Shown: positions 43,722 through 54,527 of the stretch, one piece after another
Numbering within the stretch: the first letter of the stretch is position 1
Layout: each line of letters begins with the position of its first letter
Assembly (NCBI GenBank): GCA_013152415.1
Contig: JAADGI010000019.1
Location: 65,592-129,591, forward strand
Reading direction: 5' to 3'
Length of the DNA stretch: 64,000 bases
Origin: Gammaproteobacteria bacterium
GTDB taxonomy: Bacteria > Pseudomonadota > Gammaproteobacteria > HyVt-429
Made by a program: the position numbers and the translations under genes
The notes under the pieces: generated by a model
Told to the model about the DNA's origin: nothing
Databases searched by the model: none
The model's input: the letters and a program-made list of their open reading frames with translations, nothing else

Positions 43722-44776
43722 TGTTCACCTCCATTAAACAATACATCAATTTTTTTCTCCAACATCTTTATCCGTCTAATATAATCATCTAAAGATTTCA
43801 TCCGCGCCGCATTCTTCTTCCATGCGCGGTTTTCTGACAAGGGCAGCACCGAGGAGTAAACACCCTGTCGATGTATAGAGTGTGTAACCAAGGATGTCGC
43901 TGTAATATGGACATCGTCTGCGATCACTAAATGGTCAAGCACACCGGCGCGCCCGCCAAAGGTACAACGCTTACCAATATGGGTGCTTCCGGCAACGGCC
44001 ACGCAACCCGCCATCGCCGTATTTTCACCAATATGGACATTGTGTGCGATATGAATCTGGTTGTCCAAAATAACACCGCTTTCAATCACTGTGTCATCCA
44101 GCGAACCTCTGTCGATTGTGGTGTTGGCCCCTATACTCACCTTGTCACCTATCACCACTCCCCCAAGCTGGGGAATCGGTACCCACTTTTCACTATCCCT
44201 TGTAAATCCAAAACCATTGGCGCCAATAACCGCACCAGCATAAACTGTACAAGCACTGCCAATCCGGGTGCCCTCATAAATAGACACATTGGCATGCACA
44301 TCACTGTGGTCACCCAGGGCAGCGTTGCGGCCAATCCAGACCCCCGCGCCAACAGCACACCCCTCACCCAGTCGAACACCCTCCTCAATAATGGCATGGG
44401 CACCGATCGAGCAACTCTGGGGGACCGTGGCACGCGCATGGATACTTGCCGAAGGGGCCACAAAAGGAGCTAAGGGTGTCTGAGGGCACAAAACTGACGT
44501 AGCCCGGGCAAAACCAAGATAGGGATCTCTCACGATCAGGCAACGCCCAGAATAGAACTCCACATCCTGTCGATTCAGAATAACGGCACCGGCCTGTGTC
44601 GTGCTTAGGTATCTTCGATACTTGGGCGACCCCAGGAAGCTTATTTCATCCGGCCCGGCACCTTGCAAAGACCCCACACCGGAAATCCTATAGTCTGCGT
44701 CTCCCTCAATCTCAGCATCAAGACACTTCGCCAACTCACCAAGCGTCATAGGCACACTGGAAACCCAAGTAGTCAC
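43718..44776 (-). CDS. lpxD: UDP-3-O-acylglucosamine N-acyltransferase
   Basis: Hexapeptide repeats are present. Its position is as expected. Confidence 0.9.
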   Translation of the reverse strand: MTTWVSSVPMTLGELAKCLDAEIEGDADYRISGVGSLQGAGPDEISFLGSPKYRRYLSTTQAGAVILNRQDVEFYSGRCLIVRDPYLGFARATSVLCPQTPLAPFVAPSASIHARATVPQSCSIGAHAIIEEGVRLGEGCAVGAGVWIGRNAALGDHSDVHANVSIYEGTRIGSACTVYAGAVIGANGFGFTRDSEKWVPIPQLGGVVIGDKVSIGANTTIDRGSLDDTVIESGVILDNQIHIAHNVHIGENTAMAGCVAVAGSTHIGKRCTFGGRAGVLDHLVIADDVHITATSLVTHSIHRQGVYSSVLPLSENRAWKKNAARMKSLDDYIRRIKMLEKKIDVLFNGGEQ

Positions 44777-44785
44777 CCACTACAC

Positions 44786-45295
44786 CTACTTACCACGCAG
44801 CTTCTGTAACACCTTATCGGTTATATCGATCCTGTCACTCGCATACACCGCACCTTCGTGAAGCACCAAATCAAAGCCCTCCGACTTGGCAATATCCACT
44901 ATGGCCTTATAGACAATCTTCTGTAATGCACCGAGCTCTTCATTTCGCCGTAGATTGTAATCTTCACGAAACTCTTGGGAGGCTCTTTTAAGGTTTCGTC
45001 GCAGACTGACAAGCTCGCGCTCTTTTTTGCGCCTAATCACGTCTCCAGCACTACTGGCCAGGTTTTCCAATTCTTTTTCCAGCGCCCGAAGCTTCTTCCT
45101 GTTCTTTATGACCTCTTTATCTCGTGGACCAAATTCCTGCTCCAACTTCTTTCTGGCCTTCTCACCTTGTGGTGCCCGTTCAACAAGCTTAACAACATCA
45201 ACGTAGCCAATCTTGGGTGCTTGCGCAGCCCCCGAGGAGGCCAACGCAAAATTCACAAGCACCAAGCCCAGAAATATTGAAAAAGGGTTCCGCAT
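44786..45295 (-). CDS. skp: Periplasmic chaperone Skp (OmpH)
   Basis: A signal peptide followed by Lys/Glu-rich coiled-coil arms. It lies between bamA and lpxD. Confidence 0.85.
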   Translation of the reverse strand: MRNPFSIFLGLVLVNFALASSGAAQAPKIGYVDVVKLVERAPQGEKARKKLEQEFGPRDKEVIKNRKKLRALEKELENLASSAGDVIRRKKERELVSLRRNLKRASQEFREDYNLRRNEELGALQKIVYKAIVDIAKSEGFDLVLHEGAVYASDRIDITDKVLQKLRGK

Positions 45296-45309
45296 ATTGC
45301 CCCAAAGAC

Positions 45310-47595
45310 TCAGAAGAAACGACGCCCAAGGGTGAACTGGAAGTTTTCAATTTCATCACCGGGTTGGCTATTGAGAGGTATAGCCCAGCTGACGGACATC
45401 GGCCCCAACGGGGAAAACCAGTTGAAGGCAAAGCCGGCAGCAAGTCTAATCTCATTGAGATCGACCTGCTGGTTGGCGCCGAATACCTGCCCCGCATCGA
45501 CGAACACGCTTAGCCTTTTATCACGGCTATCCGCCCCCCCCGGGAAGGGAAATAGTAGTTCGGCATTGCCCAAAACCAACTTGCTACCACCCAGAGCTAG
45601 AGGCGTCGTCCCCGAATCAAACGGTCCGAGAGATCGGGCACGATAGCCACGTACCGTTGATGCACCACCGGCAAAGAAATTCTTGAAAAATGGCAGCTCG
45701 GGTGTTCCCCCAAAACCATCACCATAACCCAATTCACCCCCCAGCTTGAACACCAGACTTTTTGTGATCGGCATATAGCCGGTAGTGGTATAACTCAGCT
45801 TGTAGTATTCAAGATCACTGCTGGGAACCGATGTCTCCAGGGACACACGATGCAGCCAGCCTTCGGTAGGATAAATAAAACTATCCCGGGTATCGTGTGC
45901 GATATTTGCAGTAATCTTGAAAGAATCACTGCTGGGATTGGCAGCAATAAATGCTGAAATTTCTGGTGGTGATGAAGCGGTAGCCTCAAGGTCTATTCTT
46001 TCAAACCCCACACCTAGATTAACAGAGTTATACTCACTGATGGGAATCTTGTAAGAAACACCACCACCTAGAGTTTGTGTAATATATTCAGCAATATTCA
46101 CCTGTCTGGCGTCGATGCGCTGACTATACAGGTTAAACCCCCTGCTAATACCATCATCGGTGTAATAGGGATCAAGATACCTGATACTGACAGTATCAGA
46201 GAACTGTGAATTATCGATGTTAACCTGAAGTTCTTTTCCGGTGCCAAATAAATTGCGCTGAGACACGGCCACTTGCAATAAAATTCCATTCGTATCGGAA
46301 TAGCCCAAGCCAAATAACAGGCTGCCCGTGGCACGTTCTTTAACATTTATATTGATATCGACCTGATCATTGGTGCCAGACACAGCCGGGGTTTCAATAT
46401 TGACATCATCAAAAAACCCCAATCGCTGCAAGCGCACCCTGGACCGTCGCACTGCCTCCGCTGAAAACCAGCTACCCTCTAATTGTCGCATTTCCCGGCG
46501 CACGACCTCATCCCGGGTGGTTCGATTACCGCTGACATTGACCCGCCGCACATATACTCTCTGGCCAGGATCTACAAAAAATGTAAACGCGACTGTCTGT
46601 TTTTCCTTGTCCAGTTCTGGTATGGCATTAACGTTAGCAAAGGCATAGCCTTCATCGGCCAGGCGGTCCCCCATCAACTTGCTGGTCTTGGAAACTTCCT
46701 TGCGTGAAAACACATCGCCGGGCCTAAAGGTGACCAGCGCCAACAACTCCTTTTGTGGCAACAACGGCTTGCCGCCCAACTTAAACTCGGACACCACATA
46801 GCGATTGCCTTCATGAATATTGATCGTCAGGTAGATATGCTGCTTATCCGGCGTTATAGAAACCTGGGTCGAATTGATATTAAAATCCAAATAGCCCAGA
46901 TCCTGATAAAAACTACGTAGTGTCTCCAGGTCTGCGCTCAACTTTTGTTTTGAGTATTGATTTTTCTTGCCAAAAAACTTTAGGCGTCTTTTGGTTTTGA
47001 GGCTAAACTTTTTTAGAAGTTTAGCGTCACTAAAGTTCTTGTTGCCGACGATGTTGATCTGTTTGATACGCGCCTTATCACCCTCAGCAACTTCAATAAC
47101 GATACCGACTCGATTCCGCTCCAAGGGTGTCACGGTAGTTTTAATGACTGCCCCATACTTTCCGAGCGAAAAGTATTGGGACTTTAATTCCTGCTCTACT
47201 TTTTCCAACATCGAAGGATCGTATACACGACCCTCAGTAAAGCCCAAGCGTTTCATAGCATCTTTTAGTATATCGTCCTTGAATTCCTTATTGCCCACCA
47301 CCTCAATAACAGAGATGGACGGCCGTTCCTCAACGACCACGACCAGCACCTCCATGTCGCGCCTAAGGCTGACATTTTTAAAAAAACCGGTCTTGAAAAG
47401 AACGCGTATCGCCTCCTTGGAGCTGACATCATCAAGGCGATCGCCCACCTTAATGGGAAGGTAATTGAAGACTGTCCCTGGTGATACGCGCTGTAAACCC
47501 TCTACCCGAATATCCTTGACCACGAAGGTCTCAATCGCAACGGCCGGCATGACCATCTGAGTGAAGAGCAAGATACAAAATGCAATTTTTTTCAT
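45310..47595 (-). CDS. bamA: Outer membrane protein assembly factor BamA
   Basis: The internal start MKKIAFC begins the signal peptide. POTRA repeats are followed by a C-terminal beta-barrel ending in F. Confidence 0.95.
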   Translation of the reverse strand: MKKIAFCILLFTQMVMPAVAIETFVVKDIRVEGLQRVSPGTVFNYLPIKVGDRLDDVSSKEAIRVLFKTGFFKNVSLRRDMEVLVVVVEERPSISVIEVVGNKEFKDDILKDAMKRLGFTEGRVYDPSMLEKVEQELKSQYFSLGKYGAVIKTTVTPLERNRVGIVIEVAEGDKARIKQINIVGNKNFSDAKLLKKFSLKTKRRLKFFGKKNQYSKQKLSADLETLRSFYQDLGYLDFNINSTQVSITPDKQHIYLTINIHEGNRYVVSEFKLGGKPLLPQKELLALVTFRPGDVFSRKEVSKTSKLMGDRLADEGYAFANVNAIPELDKEKQTVAFTFFVDPGQRVYVRRVNVSGNRTTRDEVVRREMRQLEGSWFSAEAVRRSRVRLQRLGFFDDVNIETPAVSGTNDQVDININVKERATGSLLFGLGYSDTNGILLQVAVSQRNLFGTGKELQVNIDNSQFSDTVSIRYLDPYYTDDGISRGFNLYSQRIDARQVNIAEYITQTLGGGVSYKIPISEYNSVNLGVGFERIDLEATASSPPEISAFIAANPSSDSFKITANIAHDTRDSFIYPTEGWLHRVSLETSVPSSDLEYYKLSYTTTGYMPITKSLVFKLGGELGYGDGFGGTPELPFFKNFFAGGASTVRGYRARSLGPFDSGTTPLALGGSKLVLGNAELLFPFPGGADSRDKRLSVFVDAGQVFGANQQVDLNEIRLAAGFAFNWFSPLGPMSVSWAIPLNSQPGDEIENFQFTLGRRFF

Positions 47596-47627
47596 TGTTA
47601 GTTCGCCACCGTCCCCAATGGGATCCA

Positions 47628-48992
47628 TTATTGTAGTAGTCGTGCGATATCGTTATAAAAGGCCAGCCCCATGAGGCCGACCAACAGGAGGATACCAATT
47701 TGTTGCCCCCATATCATCACCCCATCCGGAAGTGGCCCTCTGCGTATGGCCTCAAGTAGATAGTAAAACAAATGGCCACCGTCTAATACCGGTATGGGCA
47801 ACAGATTCAGTACACCCAAGCTAACACTCACCAATGCCAAAAACAGTAAAAACCGGTCTATACCGATACGCACGGAATGACCTGCATATTGTGCAATCGT
47901 CAGCGGCCCACTGATATTTTTGGGCGAAACCTCTAAAGTGACCATTTTTGCAAGCATACGCAGGGTCAATACACTCATCAGCCAGGTATTCTCTGTCCCT
48001 CGCCATAGGGCCTCCAAAGGCCCGTAACTGACGTGGACACGCCACTCGTCGGGTAAAGGGGGTGACACGACCCCCACACCAATCCGCCCGACCTGCCTCC
48101 CATCCACCTCGACAGCGGCAGGTCGTAACTCGACCCTGATCCGCTGGCCACTGCGATCCAACTCCAGAGACAATAATTGCCCAGGGCGCTCTTGAATATA
48201 CTTGACCACGTCCTTCCAGTGCTCTACCGCCTTTCCGTCCAGCCCTACCATCCGGTCATCGACCTCGAGCCCGGCTTGGTCTGCTGGCGACCCTGCTTGA
48301 ATAGAACCCACAATCGGCTCGACCACCGGTCTATAACCGTATAAGCCCACGCCCCGCTCTAAAAATGCCCCATCAAGCTTGGCGGCCTCCAATTCGCTGA
48401 AATCAAGCACCTTCTCAGTCACCCGGCCATCCTCATTACGCACCCCAATGCTGACCTGGGATTGGCTGATGGCTTGATTAAAAAGATACATGCGGTGTTC
48501 GTTCCAGCTATGCACCTTGCGCCCGGCCACCGTCATCAATTCATCACCTACCTGAAAACCACCCCGATCAGCAATTGAACCCTGCGCCACATAACCCACA
48601 ACGGGTTTCACACCATCGATACCAAGCATAAATACCGCCCAGTACGCCAAAATCGCAAACAGAAAATTGGCCATAGGACCGGCGAGCACCACCAAGGATC
48701 GCTTGCTCAGGGACTGGCGATTAAAGGCACGGTGTAACTCCTGCTTCGGGACTTCACCTTCATTTTCATCAAGCATCTTGACGTAACCACCGAGGGGCAA
48801 AGCGCCAATCACATACTCGGTGCCGTCCACTTTGCCACGCCGTGTCCATAGGGGTTTGCCGAAACCGATGGAAAAGCGTAACACCTTGACGCCCAACTTT
48901 CGGGCCACCCAGAAGTGTCCGTACTCATGCACGGTAACCAAAATGCCCAGAGCAACAAAAAACCCGACGAGGCTGTATAAAAATTCAATCAC
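47628..48992 (-). CDS. rseP: Sigma-E protease RseP (site-2 zinc metalloprotease)
   Basis: The zinc-binding HEYGHFWVAR motif and PDZ domains are present. Confidence 0.95.
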   Translation of the reverse strand: MIEFLYSLVGFFVALGILVTVHEYGHFWVARKLGVKVLRFSIGFGKPLWTRRGKVDGTEYVIGALPLGGYVKMLDENEGEVPKQELHRAFNRQSLSKRSLVVLAGPMANFLFAILAYWAVFMLGIDGVKPVVGYVAQGSIADRGGFQVGDELMTVAGRKVHSWNEHRMYLFNQAISQSQVSIGVRNEDGRVTEKVLDFSELEAAKLDGAFLERGVGLYGYRPVVEPIVGSIQAGSPADQAGLEVDDRMVGLDGKAVEHWKDVVKYIQERPGQLLSLELDRSGQRIRVELRPAAVEVDGRQVGRIGVGVVSPPLPDEWRVHVSYGPLEALWRGTENTWLMSVLTLRMLAKMVTLEVSPKNISGPLTIAQYAGHSVRIGIDRFLLFLALVSVSLGVLNLLPIPVLDGGHLFYYLLEAIRRGPLPDGVMIWGQQIGILLLVGLMGLAFYNDIARLLQ

Positions 48993-49071
48993 ACTCTATC
49001 CTTTTCTAGCTTAACCATTACCCATAGGGGATTCATTTTTTAATTACCCACTTGCCACAATACTTCATATT

Positions 49072-50301
49072 TTATGATTGGTGGCGATTTGCGATTTCTA
49101 TTACCGCGCTACCAATAATATCACGGGCAAGCTGGCGAGCTTGATAGTCTGCCTCAAGCACCACCTCAAGACTCTCGGCGGCAATACTGGCCATGCCTTT
49201 CAAGGTCTGCCCGATTATCGCGGGGATCTTGTCGAATGCCAATACCCCGCTCAGAAAGGCTGCCACCGCCTCTTCATTGGCAGCATTGAGTATGGTGGGG
49301 CTGGTGCCACCCACTGTGGCCGACTGCCGCGCCAACAGCAAACACGGAAACCGTTTGCTGTCCGGTGGCTCAAAATCGAGCCTGGCGACCTTAAATATAT
49401 CCAAAGATGACACTCCTGACACCATCCGTTTGGGCCAAGCCAGAGCGTGGGCAATGGGGGTCCGCATATCCGGGTTGCCCAACTGCGCCAAAACTGAGCC
49501 ATCCACATACTCCACCATGGAGTGAATGACACTTTGAGGGTGGACCACAATATCGATTTTCTCTGGACTACAGGCAAACAGGCGGCAGGCCTCAATCAGC
49601 TCCAGGCCCTTATTCATCATGGTGGCGGAATCCACCGAGATCTTCGGCCCCATGGACCAATTCGGGTGTTTACAGGCCTGGGCAGGCGTCACATTGGCCA
49701 ACGCTTGTGGGTCATGGGTCCGAAACGGCCCCCCCGAACCGGTGAGGAGAATCCGCTTGACCCCCAACGCCGCCAAGCCCGGGTTTAGCGGGCCCTGCCC
49801 AACCACTTCAAATCGATCGGGTAGGCACTGGTAGATAGCATTGTGTTCACTATCAATGGGCAACAGGACCGCACCGGCCTGCTTGGCATTTTGCATAATA
49901 ATATCCCCCGCCATCACCAGGGGCTCTTTGTTGGCCAGCAAGACCTGCTTGGTGCTCTTTACCGCTGCCAGAGTAGGCAACAATCCAGCGGCACCGACAA
50001 TGGCAGCCATCACGATTGGGGCCTCGGGGTGTGTGGCCGCCTGATTCAGACCCTCCTGACCAGCCTGCACCGTCACATCGAGCCCTTCGGCTTCAATCTG
50101 CTGGCGTAGCTGTTGCGCCGATTGCTCATCCTTGAGTACTGCCAACTTGGGACGATAGCGGCGACACTGCTCCAGCAACCGGTCAACCTGACGGTTTGCA
50201 GTGAGCGCAACGATGCGGTAGCGGTCGGGATGACGGGCAATGACATCCAAGGTACTGACACCAATAGACCCGGTTGAACCGAGGATGCTTACACCTTTCA
50301 T
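49072..50301 (-). CDS. dxr: 1-deoxy-D-xylulose 5-phosphate reductoisomerase
   Basis: The NADPH-binding motif ILGSTGSIG is present. Confidence 0.95.
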   Translation of the reverse strand: MKGVSILGSTGSIGVSTLDVIARHPDRYRIVALTANRQVDRLLEQCRRYRPKLAVLKDEQSAQQLRQQIEAEGLDVTVQAGQEGLNQAATHPEAPIVMAAIVGAAGLLPTLAAVKSTKQVLLANKEPLVMAGDIIMQNAKQAGAVLLPIDSEHNAIYQCLPDRFEVVGQGPLNPGLAALGVKRILLTGSGGPFRTHDPQALANVTPAQACKHPNWSMGPKISVDSATMMNKGLELIEACRLFACSPEKIDIVVHPQSVIHSMVEYVDGSVLAQLGNPDMRTPIAHALAWPKRMVSGVSSLDIFKVARLDFEPPDSKRFPCLLLARQSATVGGTSPTILNAANEEAVAAFLSGVLAFDKIPAIIGQTLKGMASIAAESLEVVLEADYQARQLARDIIGSAVIEIANRHQS

Positions 50302-50332
50302 GACCTCGCTACCGGTAAAGAAAAAGAGGGGG

Positions 50333-50560
50333 CTCTCGCCAAAGCGCCAAGTTCGCCAAGAGAAAGGCGTTCAGCGGGGCTCATCGCTTTGGTGTACATG
50401 GAGGCACTCATGTCGCGAGAAGCGGTAGGCGGGACCTCGGTGCCCCTTTGGTGGGTATACCGACGACAACCAGGGGCAAGGGCCATTCTACCCCACAAGG
50501 GGGCACCTAGGTCTGCGTGCCTGGCGCCTTGGCACCTTGGCGAGAGTCCATTATTTTCTG
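50333..50560. repeat. Intergenic inverted-repeat element, copy A (longest)
   Basis: The arms are CTCTCGCCAAAGCGCCAAGTTCGCCAAGAG ... CTGGCGCCTTGGCACCTTGGCGAGAG. The interior shares CATTCTACCCCACAAG, GGGGCACC and CCATTATT with copy B. Confidence 0.6.
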
Positions 50561-50596
50561 GGGATGATCCACAAATTTTATTAAAAGAGCCCAATA

Positions 50597-51409
50597 CTAG
50601 AGACCTTTTAACAACAGCCAACCCAACGCAAAAACTGGGGCAGCGGCGGTGAAGCTATCGATTCGATCAAGTATACCACCATGACCCGGAAGCAAATTAC
50701 CGCTATCTTTGGCCCCGGCCTGCCGTTTGATCACACTCTCAAAAAGATCACCCACAGCGGAGAAAAGCCCACAGATCAAGCATAGCCCCATCCATGCCAA
50801 CAACATGGCAGCCTCAAGTTGCCATACTGTCCCCAACAAGAGCGCCACAACCAGGACACCCACCAAGCCTCCGAATAGACCCTCTACGGTCTTGCCTGGG
50901 CTTAAATGGGGTGCCAGACGGATCCGCCCCCTGGCCTTGCCTACAAAATAGGCCGCGATATCGGCGGCCCAAATAACCATTAGCACGGACAACAGCAACC
51001 ACGGTCGCCTAAGGTCAATGGCGTGAAGTACCACTGCGGCATACCAGGCCGGCACCAGGACCACGATGCCGGCCAGAAGCACGAAGGCCCGGGATTGCAG
51101 TTGACCACCTCGGAGCTGCAGGTAAAACAACAGCCCAACAATAGCAAGCCACCAGCCGACACTCACCAACAACGGCCAAATATCCGGAAAGACATAGCGA
51201 TAACACAGGACACCAACGGCGGTGATGACGACAACATAGAAGAGCCGGGATTCAACACGGGTCAGACCCGCAAGCCGAGACCACTCCCAGGCACCGGCCA
51301 ACACCACAAGCCCGAGCACAAGCGCAAATGTTGTCCCGGATAAACCAAACAACACCCCCAACAGGATCGCGGCCATAATAATGGCCGTAATCACACGTGA
51401 CTTAAGCAT
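50597..51409 (-). CDS. cdsA: Phosphatidate cytidylyltransferase
   Basis: The internal start MLKSRVITAII resembles E. coli MLKYRLISAF. It overlaps the uppS stop by 8 nt. Confidence 0.9.
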   Translation of the reverse strand: MLKSRVITAIIMAAILLGVLFGLSGTTFALVLGLVVLAGAWEWSRLAGLTRVESRLFYVVVITAVGVLCYRYVFPDIWPLLVSVGWWLAIVGLLFYLQLRGGQLQSRAFVLLAGIVVLVPAWYAAVVLHAIDLRRPWLLLSVLMVIWAADIAAYFVGKARGRIRLAPHLSPGKTVEGLFGGLVGVLVVALLLGTVWQLEAAMLLAWMGLCLICGLFSAVGDLFESVIKRQAGAKDSGNLLPGHGGILDRIDSFTAAAPVFALGWLLLKGL

Positions 51410-52172
51410 TCGTCGCCTGACCGACTTGCTCTCCGGTCTGACCAAACCTTCGCTGTCGTTTAGAAAAACCTTGTAAAGCGGCTAAGAATTCTTCGTCATC
51501 GAAGTCCGGCCATAACACATCGGTAAAATAGAGTTCCGCATAGGCCAATTGCCACAACAGATAATTACTCAGACGCTGTTCGCCACCGGTACGAATAAAC
51601 AAATCGGGTTCCGGCAAAAAATGGGTGCACAAAAGACTTCCCACTGTCTCCTCAGTGATCGCCTGATCATCCAGCTCCCCCGATTGCACCTGTTTGACTA
51701 TTTTTTGACAAGCCTGGGCAATATCCCATCGCCCACCATAGTTGGCAGCAATTGTCAGAGTCAGGCTTTGGTTATTAGAGGTCAGACTTTCGGCATCCTT
51801 GATCAAGGATGTGATGCGCTCACCAAAACGATCCAGATCACCAATGATATGTAACTTCACGTCATTGTCATGGAGTTTTTTGACCTCATTTTCGAGTGCG
51901 CTGGCAAACAAATCCATAAGCAACTGTACTTCGCGGGCGGGTCGACGCCAATTCTCGCTACTGAAGGCAAACAGGGTAAGATACTTAACGCCATTTTCAC
52001 CGCACAGACGCACCAGCTTACGCACCACCTCCATGCCCCGTCGATGACCCGCGATCCGTGGCAATCCTCGTTTACGAGCCCAACGACCATTACCATCCAT
52101 AATCACCGCAACATGCAACGGCATGGGGTGACCGCCGCCAGAGGTGTCTTTCAAGCGCCGAAACGATAGCAT
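51402..52172 (-). CDS. uppS: Undecaprenyl-diphosphate synthase
   Basis: HVAVIMDGNGRWA is the cis-prenyltransferase signature. The start is MLSFRR. Confidence 0.9.
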   Translation of the reverse strand: MLSFRRLKDTSGGGHPMPLHVAVIMDGNGRWARKRGLPRIAGHRRGMEVVRKLVRLCGENGVKYLTLFAFSSENWRRPAREVQLLMDLFASALENEVKKLHDNDVKLHIIGDLDRFGERITSLIKDAESLTSNNQSLTLTIAANYGGRWDIAQACQKIVKQVQSGELDDQAITEETVGSLLCTHFLPEPDLFIRTGGEQRLSNYLLWQLAYAELYFTDVLWPDFDDEEFLAALQGFSKRQRRFGQTGEQVGQATNA

Positions 52173-52268
52173 TTCTTTTAATTTAGCAACCAAGCGTCAT
52201 GCCGGAGATGAGGAATCCCGCTCCTGTCAGAGGGTTAAACTTGTATCGACTCTTACCGCCACCTTAGC

Positions 52269-52826
52269 CTAAATCTCTAAGATGTCTTTCTCCTTGGCCT
52301 CAATCATTTTGTCGATCTGCGAGATAAATCGATCCGTTATCTTTTGAACCTCTTCTTGGCCACGCTTTTCTTCATCTTCCGGTAATTCCTTGTTCTTTAA
52401 CAATTCCTTTAGGCGGTGATTGGCATCGCGACGTATGTTGCGCACCGCTACACGGCCATTTTCTCCCTCACTTCGAACCAACTTAGTCATCTCCTTACGA
52501 CGCTCCTCAGTAAGAGGCGGCAGCGGTACACGGATGACCTCACCAGCCGTCACAGGATTAAGGCCCAGGTTAGCCTCCATGATGGCCTTCTCAATGATGG
52601 GAACCAGTGCTTTTTCCCACGGCGCTACCGTCAAGGTACGGGCATCGGCCACGGCTACTGCGGCAACCTGACTCAAAGGCGTTACCGCACCATAGTAATC
52701 GATACGTATGGGCTCCAATAGTCCGACACTGGCTCGGCCAGTACGCAGACGAGAAAGTTCATTTTGCAGTGCCTGCACACTCTTAGCCATCCTGTCTTCG
52801 GTATCTTTGCGAATCTCAGTGGTCAT
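52269..52826 (-). CDS. frr: Ribosome recycling factor
   Basis: 185 aa; aligns over its full length with Frr. Confidence 0.95.
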   Translation of the reverse strand: MTTEIRKDTEDRMAKSVQALQNELSRLRTGRASVGLLEPIRIDYYGAVTPLSQVAAVAVADARTLTVAPWEKALVPIIEKAIMEANLGLNPVTAGEVIRVPLPPLTEERRKEMTKLVRSEGENGRVAVRNIRRDANHRLKELLKNKELPEDEEKRGQEEVQKITDRFISQIDKMIEAKEKDILEI

Positions 52827-53548
52827 AGCTTACCTTCTCGATTAACCAGTGTGCCAACGTGTTCGCCATTCACCACTGCCAGCAAATTCCCTGGGCTCTG
52901 CACATCACATACCCGTAGCGGGATATCGTTCTCGCGACACAGGGCAATTGCAGCGGCATCCATTACGCCGAGCTGTTGTTCTAAAATAGCGCTAAAACTC
53001 AGCACATCATAGCGTGTTGCATTAGGGTTGGACAGGGGGTCTGCACTATAGACACCATCAACTTTGGTCGCCTTGACCAGTAAATCGGCTTCGATTTCAG
53101 CGGCACGCAGACTCGCAGCGGTATCCGTGGAAAAGAAGGGGCTGCCGGTACCCGCTACAAAAATGACCAACCGATTGTGCTCAAGATGGTGTAGTGCGTG
53201 TTTGTGGCTAAAGGGCTCAATAGCATGGCCAATTCTGAGACCTGATTGGAGCCGCACCGCAATACCCCGGCGCTCCAGATTATCTTGCAAGGCCAAGCCA
53301 TTGATCACGGTGGCCAACATACCCATGTGGTCTGCGCTGACACGGTTCATACCTGAAGCGGCCAAACTCACACCCCTGAAAATATTGCCCCCACCGATGA
53401 CCACAGCGACCTGACAGCCACTGCTCATAACCTCTATGAGTTGCTCGCAATAGTAGTCCAGTGTCTTGGGGTCGATGCCATAGGCATTGTCCCCCATCAG
53501 GGCTTCGCCGCTGAGTTTTAACAAAACGCGCCGACGATCTCGCGCCAA
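52823..53548 (-). CDS. pyrH: UMP kinase
   Basis: [10 protein letters not shown] is the UMP kinase N-terminal motif. Confidence 0.95.
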   Translation of the reverse strand: MARDRRRVLLKLSGEALMGDNAYGIDPKTLDYYCEQLIEVMSSGCQVAVVIGGGNIFRGVSLAASGMNRVSADHMGMLATVINGLALQDNLERRGIAVRLQSGLRIGHAIEPFSHKHALHHLEHNRLVIFVAGTGSPFFSTDTAASLRAAEIEADLLVKATKVDGVYSADPLSNPNATRYDVLSFSAILEQQLGVMDAAAIALCRENDIPLRVCDVQSPGNLLAVVNGEHVGTLVNREGKL

Positions 53549-53551
53549 GGT

Positions 53552-54439
53552 TTAGCCTCCCTTGGCCTGGGCCATGACTTCGGCGGCAAAATCCTCAACC
53601 TTTTTTTCGATACCCTCACCCACCTCAAAACGGACAAACTGACTCACTTTGGCATTTTCACCCGCAAGCAACTTGCCAATCGATATCTCAGGGTCTTTGA
53701 CATAAGACTGACCCTCGAGACAAACTTCATTGACATATTTACGCAGCTTTCCGCTCACCATCTTTTCAATGATCTCTGGTGGTTTGCCACTTTCCTCGGC
53801 CTGGGCAGTAAAGATTGCCTTTTCTTTTTCAAGCGCCTCCTGGGAGACTTGGTCTGCGCTGACACACAACGGCCTGCTGGCGGCGATGTGCATGGCAATA
53901 TCGCGTCCAAGACCGGCTGCACCGCCGCTGGACTCCACCAAGACACCAATCCGGGCACCGTGCAGATAAGTACTGACCTGGGCATCAGCCTCGGTAGCAA
54001 AACGCACAAAACGGCGAATATTGATGTTTTCACCGATCTTGTTTATTAACGCAGAACGGGTAGCCTCAACATTTTGGCTCTCACCCGCCAAGCTCATGGC
54101 CAACAGGTCGTCGAGCTGGGTTGGATTCTGATCCGCCGTAAGCTGTGCCAAGGCACTCGCAAAATCTTTAAATACGGGTTCTTTGGCAACAAAATCGGTT
54201 TCACAATTGAGCTCTACCAGCGCGGCAAGCTTGCCATCTTCGCGGGTGTAACTGCCTATAACGCCCTCAGCGGCAATACGACCCGCCTTTTTTTCCGCCT
54301 GCGCCTCACCCTTGGTACGCAAAAGCACCAGCGCAGCGTCTTCGTCACCCTGGGTCTCGGTAAGCGCCCTTTTACACTCCATCATGCCCGCACCACTGCG
54401 TTCACGCAGGGCCTTTACCATGGAAGCCGTAATACTCAT
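53552..54439 (-). CDS. tsf: Elongation factor Ts
   Basis: ITASMVKALRERSGAGMMECKRAL is the EF-Ts N-terminus. Confidence 0.95.
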   Translation of the reverse strand: MSITASMVKALRERSGAGMMECKRALTETQGDEDAALVLLRTKGEAQAEKKAGRIAAEGVIGSYTREDGKLAALVELNCETDFVAKEPVFKDFASALAQLTADQNPTQLDDLLAMSLAGESQNVEATRSALINKIGENINIRRFVRFATEADAQVSTYLHGARIGVLVESSGGAAGLGRDIAMHIAASRPLCVSADQVSQEALEKEKAIFTAQAEESGKPPEIIEKMVSGKLRKYVNEVCLEGQSYVKDPEISIGKLLAGENAKVSQFVRFEVGEGIEKKVEDFAAEVMAQAKGG

Positions 54440-54527
54440 TAGAACTACCTCGTCGTTAACAGATACATGCGTAGCTATTTTTGATAATGTGCTTGGCCAT
54501 GGGGATACACCCCATCATTAAAAACCC

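Noticed and set aside
43931-44473. 180-aa ORF antisense to lpxD
   Set aside because: It is antisense to hexapeptide-repeat coding DNA. Repeats of that kind often leave open antisense frames.
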